Assembly (NCBI GenBank): GCA_040954595.2
Contig: CM082598.2
Location: forward strand, 1,922,001 to 1,986,000
DNA from: Balanoglossus misakiensis
Lineage: Eukaryota; Animalia; Hemichordata
Length of the DNA stretch: 64,000 nt
Direction: 5' to 3'
This document shows, in pieces, positions 1 to 40,061 of this stretch (its first letter is position 1; every line of letters begins with the position of its first letter). The notes under the pieces are model-generated. The model worked only from the letters and a program-made list of their open reading frames with translations. It made no database searches and was not told the origin of the DNA. A program made the position numbers and the translations under genes.

Positions 1-29223
<29,223 letters not shown>

Positions 29224-29237
<14 letters not shown>

Positions 29238-29355
29238 AGCTTTGATCTTTCACTTTCTTGACCTTTAAGGAAGTAGAAGTCAGAAGCTTAGTGAAGATGA
29301 TTAGAGCTTTGATCTTTCACTTTCTTGACCTTTAAGGAAGTAGAAGTCAGAAGCT
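29224..29355. repeat. ~67 bp tandem duplication spanning the RPTP stop codon
   Basis: GTGAAGATGATTAGAGCTTTG...GTCAGAAGCT at 29224 and 29291. Confidence 0.9.
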
Positions 29356-31444
29356 GAGAATTTTCTTCTGAGCTTTGTCAGGAAAGATGTTAAGATTTCT
29401 GCATCTGTGATTTTTGTCTACTCGTATTACTATTATTGTACTTGTGACATCATTGAATGATTTATTCAAAGTTTGGAAAAAATATAAATCCAGAGCTAAA
29501 ATTTTTGAAGAATCTTAACAATACTAACAGATTTACATCTGTTACCTTTTTAGTTCAAATATTTAATATTTTTTTAAATTAGACTAGAAGTAGTGTAGGA
29601 ATGTAAATGAAATGCATTGATCAATGTCATTGATTATTTTTGACAGCTCACATCTTGACTGTAAAAATCCCGGCAATACGTATCTTCCACAGTTGTTGTT
29701 TATAACAGCGTCAAATGTGAAAATGAAACTAACATAATTTAGCTATCTTAAAGAAATTATTTATTCAGTATGCAGGGAGAAGAGACGTCTATTTTGACAG
29801 AGTGGAAATCATTCCAAATAATTGACTCAAATCATCTGTTTATATCATGTTTTGTAATCGCTTGATCACAGACTTATTTGTGATCAAGTATTTTATTAAT
29901 CTCTGATGGCCAATCTTTGGCTGTGTAATTTTTGATGAATATGTACATTAATTTTACTGTGATCAAAATATTCTCTCAAAAAGTCACATTTTCAAAAATT
30001 CAATTTTTAGCACACTGAACCATTTACATTGTCTTTAAACACAAATGCCATCATTGGCTGGCAATGCATGTTGTCTGTGAACTTCAGAAATCTCAACAAA
30101 TCACAATAAGCCTCTCAAATGCTGCGGTCACCATGGAAACTGTATCATAATTGTGAAAACAAGCTAAGATAATGCCAGTATCAGTTCTTGCAGAATATAC
30201 TGATGACTTATTCTTCCATTTTATAGCCAAGAATAAAAAGATAAAATGCAATATTTTATTAACAGGTACTTTATAATACAAGACTTTTTTGTAAGTTGAA
30301 TCTTGGTGAAGTATTTATAACTTTTTTACTAACTTTCTATCCGGTGTATGTGTGTATTTTGGGTCAAGTACACAAGAATTCTGTTCCGTGTACTATTTTT
30401 TATACAATGGTGTTAATATTTTTTATATTTATATGCATGACAATTTTAACGATCCAATGAAAGAGAATTGATTGGATCATAGACTTGTGTGTCAACATAT
30501 TGTATGCAAACTTTCTATGATTGACAGGGCTTTGACAATCATGATTGGATATATTATGTTTAAATGAACAAGTCAGGGAGACATTTTCATGCAGATCACC
30601 TTGATATGTAAATTAATTATTAATATGCAAATCATAATTGACACCATCAGAATTTGCAAAAAATTGTAATTTTTAATTACTACCTACTGGTGTATGATAA
30701 GTATAAAGATATTTTAATTCAATAAGTGAGTTTGATTTTCTTTTTTATTAGAAATATAGACAGTCTTTCCTATATTTATTTTTTAACCAAAGCTTTTTTG
30801 TGGTCGTTGTAAAAGCCCATTGTGATGCTTCTCTTTCACAAGAAACAGCTGTTTCCAAGGAAACCATAACCCTTGGCTAGGTTTTCCCAAGAGATGTTTG
30901 GTCAGCTGTCAGAGGTAAGGGACCGTTCTTTTTTTCGAAACGTTTAGGGGGGTCACGTACTTTTGCCCCCCCCCCCCCCCAACTTCTGCTTTTGAGTCCA
31001 CAAAAATGTAGTTTCGAGCCTTTTACTGAAAAGAATGTTCTGTGTACAATGTACATTAGATCAGGACGACAAGCAGGCTCTTGGAAACAAGCTTTTTTCC
31101 TCCACAAATAGTTGTGTAATGTTGTTGTTGTTTTTTTGGGGGGTCATCATATATTTTTTGCCAGTCAAGGGGGGGGGGGTCATCATTTTTTGGTCCTGGG
31201 TGAAGGGGGGGTCTTTATATTTGTATTACAAAATATTTTTATGTGACACCCCTTCACTTCTCTACCTATACCAATTGTACCAATTATTGTAATGCCTTGT
31301 GTCATTTTAAATTTTTCGTATATATTTGGATTTATTCATATATGCCAATTTTTATTGTAAGTTATTCGCCAGAATGTAGGTTACATTAGTTCCCCCCCCC
31401 CCCCAACCATGAATTGCTTCTTACGTCCATGTGCCTTTTTTTCT

Positions 31445-31916
31445 TTAGAATATCAGAAGACTGAAGGGGATACATAACAATGCAGACTTTATGAACTAGT
31501 GCAAAAAAATTATGACTTACTTGGCTTGACTGAAACATTTTTTACGGAAGAGGATTATATCAATTCTTGGATAATTACAGGTTATTTAAAACGCCTGCAG
31601 CCAGGTGTTACAGTAAGCGAGGTCAATTCTAGGTAGCTCAAATCCAGGTATGTATATTATGTTGGGAGGTGATTTCAATGCAAGATCACGGGACGACTTT
31701 ATTACAGATGATTCAATCGACAATATACCTTCAGATACCGTAGATTATTATTTCTGATGATTTTCAATTACCGCGTAATTCTAAAGATATGGTTATCAAC
31801 GATGCTTGTAAATTACTTGCAGAAATATGCAAGGGCTTCGATTGACATATTTTAAATGGAAGTTATGTATGGTTACAGGTATTGGTTCAGGTGTTGTTGA
31901 TTACGTATTTATGTCT
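31445..31916 (+). pseudogene. Decayed non-LTR retrotransposon (LINE) apurinic-type endonuclease fragment
   Basis: Translated pieces YDLLGLTETF, MLGGDFNARS, PRNSKDMVIND..KLLAEICK..ILNG and GSGVVDYVFMS, with stops and frameshifts. Confidence 0.8.
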
Positions 31917-32118
31917 TCATGAAAAATTTCATGACTTATAACCCATGATAAATTTTCATGAGCTATAACCCATGAAAAATTTCATGACTTATAACCCATG
32001 ATAAATTTTCATGAGCTATAACCCATGAAAAATGTTCATGACTTATAACCCATGAAAAATTTTCATGAGTTATAACCCATGAAACATTTTCATGAGCTAT
32101 AAACCATGAAAATTGTCC
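31917..32118. repeat. 26-27 bp minisatellite with internal hairpin CATGAAAAATTTCATG, ~7 copies
   Basis: CATGAAAAATTTCATGACTTATAACC repeated. Confidence 0.9.
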
Positions 32119-33146
32119 AAAATTTGGTCATTTTTTGAAAAAACCATGGGTTATAGCTCAGGAAAATCGTGAAAAATCGACGATTTTTCGACTTTGCGAA
32201 TTTTCAAAATTTGGTCATTTTTTGAAAAAACCATGGGTTATAGCTCAGGAAAATCGTGAAAAATCGACGATTTTTCGACTTTGCGAATTTTGAAAATTTG
32301 GTCATTTTTTGAAAAAACCATGGGTTATAGCTCAGGAAAATCGTGAAAAATCGACGATTTTTCGACTTTGCGAATTTTGAAAATTTGGTCATTTTTTGAA
32401 AAAAACCATGGGTTATAGCTCAGGAAAATCGTGAAAAATCGACGATTTTTCGACTTTGCGAATTTTGAAAATTTGGTCATTTTTTGAAAAAACCATGGGT
32501 TATAGCTCAGGAAAATCGTGAAAAATCGACGATTTTTCGACTTTGCGAATTTTGAAAATTTGGTCATTTTTTGAAAAAACCATGGGTTATAGCTCAGAAA
32601 AATCGTGAAAAATCGACGATTTTTCGACTTTGCGAATTTTGAAAATTTGGTCATTTTTTGAAAAAAACCATGGGTTATAGCTCAGGAAAATCGTGAAAAA
32701 TCGACGATTTTTCGACTTTGCGAATTTTGAAAATTTGGTCATTTTTTGAAAAAAACCATGGGTTATAGCTCAGGAAAATCGTGAAAAATCGACGATTTTT
32801 CGACTTTGCGAATTTTGAAAATTTGGTCATTTTTTGAAAAAACCATGGGTTATAGCTCAGGAAAATCGTGAAAAATCGACGATTTTTCGACTGTGCGAAT
32901 TTTGAAAATTTGGTCATTTTTTGAAAAAACCATGGGTTATAGCTCAGGAAAATCGTGAAAAATCGACGATTTTTCGACTTTGCGAATTTTGAAAATTTGG
33001 TCATTTTTTGAAAAAACCATGGGTTATAGCTCAGGAAAATCGTGAAAAATCGACGATTTTTCGACTTTGCGAATTTTGAAAATTTGGTCATTTTTTGAAA
33101 AAACCATGGGTTATAGCTCAGGAAAATCGTGAAAAATCGACGATTT
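32119..33146. repeat. 87 bp satellite, ~12 near-identical copies with phased A/T tracts
   Basis: AAAATTTGGTCATTTTTTGAAAAAACCATGGGTTATAGCTCAGGAAAATCGTGAAAAATCGACGATTTTTCGACTTTGCGAATTTTG. Confidence 0.97.
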
Positions 33147-33377
33147 AGGTAGAAACCATGAAAAATGTCCAAAATGAAAATTTCAATTCTTGAAAATATT
33201 CATGAGTTATAACCCATGTTTCTTTATCGATTTCTACCGCTGTCTGCTCTGTGATGTATGAAAAGACGCAACCAAATGTAGAACCAGTGAAGGGGGCGTG
33301 TTTGGGCTCGCGAGAATGGCAGCACACGTAATCAGAAATTTTGTATTTTTTCATACTGTTTTTGAATGATTTTCATC

Positions 33378-33705
33378 CATGTAGAAGGGAGGGTTCCGAT
33401 TGAGCAATATGTTTGTTGTTCCATTGTCCCCGGAAAGAGCCGTTGGCGATGAGTACAAGAATATGTGTATCCTAATTTGAGCTATTTTTATCTAGCCCAT
33501 GTGGAAAGGAGAGTTCCGATAGGTCGATTCAAATGTGTTCATTTGTCCTATTGTCTCTAGAAAAAGCCGTTGGCGATGAGTAGCAGAATATGCACATGTG
33601 TTAATTTGAACTATTTCTGTCAATGTGGAAGGGATAGTTCCGATAGGTCAGTTTCAATGTGTTCTTTTGTTCTATTGTCTCTGGTAAGAGCCGTTAGGGA
33701 TGAGT
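33378..33705. repeat. Diverged ~120 bp tandem repeat, 3 copies
   Basis: ATGT(A/G)GAA...GTTCCGAT...AGCCGTT(GGC/AGG)GATGAGT recurs three times. Confidence 0.75.
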
Positions 33706-33714
33706 TGGCTTTGT

Positions 33715-33856
33715 TTTGATTGGCTGGCGAACGCCCGCGAAATAATTCGTCTTGATTGGATAATAAGTACGAGTTTAGACGCACGTGATCACTCCAAGCC
33801 ACGTCATCACTCCAAGCGTATATAAGGTCCACCACGTGCAAGTTGATTTCAGTTGC
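33715..33856 (+). promoter_or_regulatory. Putative RNA polymerase II core promoter (2 inverted CCAAT, E-box/CRE-like, TATA, Inr)
   Basis: GATTGG at ~33718 and ~33754; CACGTG and CACGTCA; TATATAAG at 33819-33826; TCAGTT at 33849-33854, ~30 nt after TATA. Confidence 0.6.
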
Positions 33857-33918
33857 TGTTTGGCCGAGCTAGTGAGAAGACGTGGCACTCGGAGGAAATT
33901 TTATGCGGACTAAGGTGC

Positions 33919-34190
33919 TTTTTCTTTGCCAACATGCAGTTCGGATTTTATCTCATAACGGCGGAAACTTGTCCGAACGAGTCAACTCCTGGATGCAGTT
34001 TGCTGAAATGGGAACCTGGAAGAACGCGACTTTTTCTTTGCCAACATGCAGTTCAGATTTTATCTCATAACGGCGGAAACTTGTCCGAACGAGTCAACTC
34101 CTGGATGCAGTTTGCTGAAATGTGAACCTGGAAGAACGCGACTTTTTCTTTGCCAACATGCAGTTCAGATTTTATCTGATAACGGCGGAA
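33919..34190. repeat. ~111 bp tandem repeat, ~2.5 copies
   Basis: TTTTTCTTTGCCAACATGCAGTTC...GAAGAACGCGAC repeated. Confidence 0.9.
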
Positions 34191-35646
34191 AAAGGTAAGA
34201 ACACGCAAGCGTTTTACTCGAAACTCGTACAAATTATTGTCGCTACTATGCAAGGGTTTTGGAAATTCTCGTGTTTAACAAGTCAGTGAGACTTGTTTGG
34301 CGCATTGAAGAGATTTGGTTGGACATTGCAAAGATTCCGTAACATTTGGTTTTCTCGTATCCTGCATCCACGTGGGCTTTTTGAGCGTGACAATTTCTTC
34401 TACTTCGCTTGGAATTTCCGTCAACGTTGATGGCTGTCTGAATATCACTTTATTCATTATTTGCAGAAAACGTGCTATGACGGGATGTTCTAGTGCAGGT
34501 GTTGTCCGCTTTCTGTCTGTCAAGACGCGTGCAATTTCATGTAGCGGGAAATTCGGGTAAGTTTATCGGAAAGTCGTGTTTTTTTATAATTATATCTCGT
34601 CGCAAGTCTAGAAATTTCCCAAGATTAATCCCACCAAGCCTATAATCATGTTCCTTTTTCTTAACGTACACCCGAAAGTGGTCTGACACCAGTGTGCATA
34701 GGGAATAGCCCTTTATACTTCTCTTTTCACATTTCTCGTTTTCTTCTCAATTACCCCTTACAGAATCACCGTCTTTGCCTGCCAAATGGTGCGAGTTCCC
34801 GCATGAATGACTGCTTGAACTGGTCGGAAACTTTCGGAAATCCTGGACGGCTCTTGCTGTCGGAACCGAGGAACTTCAGGCTGTGGAAATTGTTGCCTAT
34901 ACAGACCCAGACGGGAACTTAACGAAATGGTGAGTTGTAATTGTACGAATATTTTCAAACTTGCCGATAATTGAAATTGCACACGTGCCAACCAAGTTAC
35001 ACGGAATCACACTATACGGATTATGAAGTGTAACATCGGGCGTGTGAATATCGTCACCCATGAGGCAAGATGCATGAATATACTTTGATTGTCGCATGCA
35101 AATTACTGGACATGTTGGAGGTCCGACCCAGAAGGTGTATTATGCCAGGGGTACTTTTACAAAGTTGAATATTTCTCTTCGATTAATTCAGTAATCACTC
35201 GCTTGCAAAAGAACACTCCGCTGTACTTCTGTCGTATCTTTTTTCATGTTGTTGTTTGGTACAACTTGAGAAAGTCGACACGTTTCCAAACGACTTTGTC
35301 GCATGTTTACACTTTGGTAGTTTGCGACTCGGAAGGGTTTTCAGAAAATTGATAATCCTCTAGGGCTTTCAACTCTTGATATCTTAAAATGAGTGAAAAG
35401 TCTTTGAAATTCTGAAACATTTTCATGCACACTAAAATAAACTTATTTCTTTGACAGCTAACACTGAACCTGATTGGTCGGCGTCCATCTACCACTGTGA
35501 ATCACTGGGATACTTGACTGGGTGGAATGCCTCGTTGTGGAAATTCTCATCAGGAGTCATCGTACTTTGTTCCAGTAGGGTGAGTTTTCTTTTGCGTTAT
35601 TACCCCCACCCTCGCTTGCCCCTCCTAAATTTGTCTTAAATTAAAT

Positions 35647-35803
35647 ATTCGATGGCGATTTTTCTTAAAAGAATACAAACAAAAGTGAAGATAGGGATCA
35701 CACAAAATTGGTGTATCTATTAACATTTATTTAAAATCGAAGAATTAGCATATTTTGTACATGATCTTAGGTCAATGACAGGACAATGTAGCAAATTTAA
35801 ATA
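35647..35803 (+). repeat. 157 bp direct repeat, copy 1
   Basis: Matches 36882-37038 apart from 2 substitutions seen. Confidence 0.9.
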
Positions 35804-36881
35804 GACTAATTAGACTTGGACTCATTAGACTTAGGGTCATTAGACTAATTAGATTTAGACTCATTAGACTAATTAGACTTAGGGTCATTAGACTAATTAG
35901 ATATGGACTCATAAGACTTAGACTAATTAGACTCAATAGACTTAGACTCATTAGACTTAGGGTCATTAGACTAATTAGATTTAGACTAATTAGACTAATT
36001 AGACTTAGGGTCATTAGACTAATTAGACTAATAAGACTTGGGGTCATTAGACTAATTAGATTTAGACTCATTAGACTAATTAGACTTAGGGTCATTAGAC
36101 TAATTAGATATGGACTCATAAGACTTAGACTAATTAGACTAATTAGATTTAGACTCATTAGACTTAGACTCATTAGACTTAGACTCATTAGACTAATTAG
36201 ACTAATAATACTTAGGGTCATTAGACTAATTAGATTTAGACTCATTAGACTTAGACTATTAGACTAATTAGACTTGCTCATTAGACTAATTAGACTTAGA
36301 CTCATTAGACTCAATAGACTTACACTTGATAGACTTAGGGTCATTAGACTAATTAGACTTACTCATTAGACTAATTAGACTTGGGGTCATTAGACTAATT
36401 AGACTTACTCATTAGACTAATTAGACTTAGACTCATTAGACTTACTCATTAGACTAATTAGACTTAGACTCATTAGACTCAATAGACTTAGACTCATTAG
36501 ACTTACGGTCATTAGACTAATTAGACTAATTAGACTTGGACTCATTAGACTTAGGGTCATTAGACTAATAAGATTTAGACTCATTAGACTAATTAGACTT
36601 AGGGTCATTAGACTAATTAGATATGGACTCATAAGACTTAGACTAATTAGACTCAATAGACTTAGACTCATTAGACTTAGGGTCATTAGACTAATTAGAT
36701 TTAGACTAATTAGACTAATTAGACTCAATAGACTTGCACTTGATAGACTTAGGGTCATTAGACTAATTAGACTTACTCATTAGACTAATTAGACTTAGAC
36801 TCATTAGACTCGATAGACTTAGTCCCATTAGACTTAGGGTCATTAGACTTATTAGACTAATTAGATTTAGACTAATTAGAC
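35804..36881 (+). repeat. Complex TTAGAC/TTAGGG-type minisatellite
   Basis: Shuffled words TTAGAC, TTAGACTCA, TTAGACTAA, TTAGGGTCA; higher-order block near 35804 recurs near 36520. Confidence 0.95.
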
Positions 36882-37038
36882 ATTCGATGGCGATTTTTCT
36901 TAAAAGAATACAAACAAAAGTGAAGATAGGGATCACACAAAATTGGTGTATCTATTAACATTTATTTAAAATCAAAGAATTAGCATATTTTGTACATGAT
37001 CTTAGGTCAATGACAGGACAATGTAGTAAATTTAAATA
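36882..37038 (+). repeat. 157 bp direct repeat, copy 2
   Basis: ATTCGATGGCG...AAATTTAAATA. Confidence 0.9.
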
Positions 37039-37047
37039 CAGCATGAC

Positions 37048-37358
37048 TTGAAGGGACAAAGTCTCTCTCTCGCAGCCCTTTTCCATCAATTATGTTTGAT
37101 ACAAGACACCATTTATGTTAGTCTACATGTGGATATATAGTGAATCAATGTTCGACCACACAACTTCTATCCCGTTTGTACGATATGACAGTAAAAAACT
37201 TCGCGAGTTTTTCACTCTTGTGTCTACAAGCAGGGTGGAAGATGTGTGTGGTTGAACGTTGATTCACTATATACCCACATGTAGAATAACATAAACGGTG
37301 TCTTGTATCTAACATAATTAAAGGAAAAAGGGCAGCGAGAGAGCCTTTGTCCCTTTAA
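37048..37358. mobile_element. Kolobok/T2-type foldback MITE
   Basis: TTGAAGGGACAAAG...CTTTGTCCCTTTAA. Confidence 0.85.
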
Positions 37359-37731
37359 TCTTGTGTCACTTTTGAATTTCTCTATTGAAGTAAATTTTTG
37401 TATTACAACCCTAGTTTTTGAGATGACTTTATTTTAGAATCATAAATGAATTGTTCTGTCCTTTTGACAATATCTTCTTTCTTATACTTGTAGGTGCCTG
37501 TTGTTTCCGGTGGGGACTTGGTATAAATGCTGATCGAAGTCGTACCAATCCAGCCATCTTGACCTGAAGTGAAGGAGATATGAAGTTAATATTAGTTGTT
37601 GCCATTTTGTGTATTGACTTCATTATCATTTTATTGTTGAAACCTGTCCGCGTGTATTTGATTTGAGCCTGTTTCTTGAAAAATTGGTGATCCTGTTTTT
37701 GGTATGTATATTTACTGCTGTTTCTTGTCAT

Positions 37732-38544
37732 TTGACTTGGGGTCAGGGTCATTAGACTTGGGGTCAGGGTCATTAGACTCGGGGTCAGGGTCATTAGACT
37801 CGATAGACTTAGACTCGATAGACTTAGACTCGATAGACTTAGACTCGATAGACTTAGACTCGATAGACTTAGACTCGATAGACTTAGACTCGATAGACTT
37901 AGACTCGATAGACTATTTAGATTTAGACTCATTAGACTAATTAGATTTAGACTCAATAGACTTAGACTCAATAGACTTAGACTTGTTAGACTTAGACTTG
38001 TTAGACTTAGACTTGTTAGACTTAGACTTGTTAGACTTAGACTTGTTAGACTTAGACTTGTTAGACTTAGACTTGTTAGACTTAGACTTGTTAGACTTTT
38101 TTAGACTTAGACTTTTTTAGACTTAGACTTTTTTTAGACTTAGACTTTTTTTAGACTTAGACTTTTTTTAGACTTACACTTTATTAGACTTACACTTTAT
38201 TAGACTTAGGGTCATAAGACTTAGAATTTTTTTTGACTTAGAATTTTTTCGACTGAGGGTCATAAAGACTGAGGGTCGAAAGACTTAGACTTTTTGAGAC
38301 TTGTACTGTTTGAGACTTAGACATGTTAGACTCAATAGACTTAGGGTCATAAGACTTGTACTTTTTTGAGACTTGTACTTTTTTGAGACTTGTACTTTTT
38401 TGAGACTTGTACTTTTTACAGACTTGTACTTTTTACAGACTTGTACTTTTTACAGACTTGTACTTTTTACAGACTTGTACTTTTTACAGACTTGTACTTT
38501 TTACAGACTTGTACTTTTTACAGACTTGTACTTGTTTTAGACTA
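37732..38544 (+). repeat. Graded GACTTA-based 15-21 bp repeats
   Basis: Successive homogeneous blocks: GACTTGGGGTCAGGGTCATTA, GACTCGATAGACTTA, GACTTAGACTTGTTA, GACTTGTACTTTTTACA. Confidence 0.95.
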
Positions 38545-39692
38545 AACTCTCTAAACTCTAAACTCTAAACTCTAAACTCTAAACTCTAAACTCTAAACTC
38601 TTAACTCTAAACTCTAAACTCTAAACTCTAAACTCTTAACTCTAAACTCTAAACTCTAAACTCTAAACTCTTAACTCTTAACTCTTAACTCTTAACTCTT
38701 AACTCTTAACTCTTAACTCTTAACTCTTAACTCTTAACTCTTAACTCTTAACTCTTAACTCTTAACTCTTAACTCTTAACTCTTAACTCTTAACTCTTAA
38801 CTCTTAACTCTTAACTCTTAACTCTTAACTCTTAACTCTTAACTCTTAACTCTTAACTCTTAACTCTTAACTCTTAACTCTTAACTCTTAACTCTTAACT
38901 CTTAACTCTTAACTCTTAACTCTTAACTCTTAACTCTTAACTCTTAACTCTTAACTCTTAACTCTTAACTCTTAACTCTTAACTCTTAACTCTTAACTCT
39001 TAACTCTTAACTCTTAACTCTTAACTCTTAACTCTTAACTCTTAACTCTTAACTCTTAACTCTTAACTCTTAACTCTTAACTCTTAACTCTTAACTCTTA
39101 ACTCTTAACTCTTAACTCTTAACTCTTAACTCTTAACTCTTAACTCTTAACTCTTAACTCTTAACTCTTAACTCTTAACTCTTAACTCTTAACTCTTAAC
39201 TCTTAACTCTTAACTCTTAACTCTTAACTCTTAACTCTTAACTCTTAACTCTTAACTCTTAACTCTTAACTCTTAACTCTTAACTCTTAACTCTTAACTC
39301 TTAACTCTTAACTCTTAACTCTTAACTCTTAACTCTTAACTCTTAACTCTTAACTCTTAACTCTTAACTCTTAACTCTTAACTCTTAACTCTTAACTCTT
39401 AACTCTTAACTCTTAACTCTTAACTCTTAACTCTTAACTCTTAACTCTTAACTCTTAACTCTTAACTCTTAACTCTTAACTCTTAACTCTTAACTCTTAA
39501 CTCTTAACTCTTAACTCTTAACTCTTAACTCTTAACTCTTAACTCTTAACTCTTAACTCTTAACTCTTAACTCTTAACTCTTAACTCTTAACTCTTAACT
39601 CTTAACTCTTAACTCTTAACTCTTAACTCTTAACTCTTAACTCTTAACTCTTAACTCTTAACTCTTAACTCTTAACTCTTAACTCTTAACTC
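38545..39692 (+). repeat. Heptamer array (TAAACTC)n changing to pure (TTAACTC)n
   Basis: About 1.15 kb, essentially perfect from ~38670. Confidence 0.98.
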
Positions 39693-39993
39693 TACTTATA
39701 CTTATACTTATACTTATACTTATACTTATACTTATACTTATACTTATACTTATACTTATACTTATACTTATACTTATACTTATACTTATACTTATACTTA
39801 TACTTATACTTATACTTATACTTATACTTATACTTATACTTATACTTATACTTATACTTATACTTATACTTATACTTATACTTATACTTATACTTATACT
39901 TATACTTATACTTATACTTATACTTATACTTATACTTATACTTATACTTATACTTATACTTATACTTATACTTATACTTATACTTATACTTAT
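39693..39993 (+). repeat. (TTATAC)n hexamer array, ~50 copies
   Basis: Perfect run. Confidence 0.98.
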
Positions 39994-40061
39994 AACTTAG
40001 TGTTGTTACCCAAACTGAAATAAATCTGAGTTACCTATTCTTTTAAACTTGTTGTTTTTTG

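Larger units (their letters stand above)
33851..37730 (+). ncRNA. Putative spliced non-coding (or decayed) transcript: exons ~33851-34194, 34467-34556, 34764-34929, 35458-35579, 37494-?
   Basis: Alternating strong donors (GTAAGA, GTAAGT, GTGAGT, GTGAGT) and pyrimidine-tract acceptors downstream of the TATA/Inr; no continuous ORF across junctions. Confidence 0.4.

Noticed and set aside
32204-33172. ORFs with 29-aa repeats (MTKFSKFAKSKNRR...)
   Set aside because: By-product of the 87 bp (3x29) satellite; A-run length changes break the frame freely.
35772-37971. Ser/Leu/Met-rich and LDSID-repeat ORFs
   Set aside because: Translations of TTAGAC-type repeats; no splice or start context and no domain.
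35804-39993. True telomere or canonical interstitial (TTAGGG)n
   Set aside because: TTAGGG occurs only as isolated words inside TTAGAC arrays, never as a tandem run, and genes continue on both sides.
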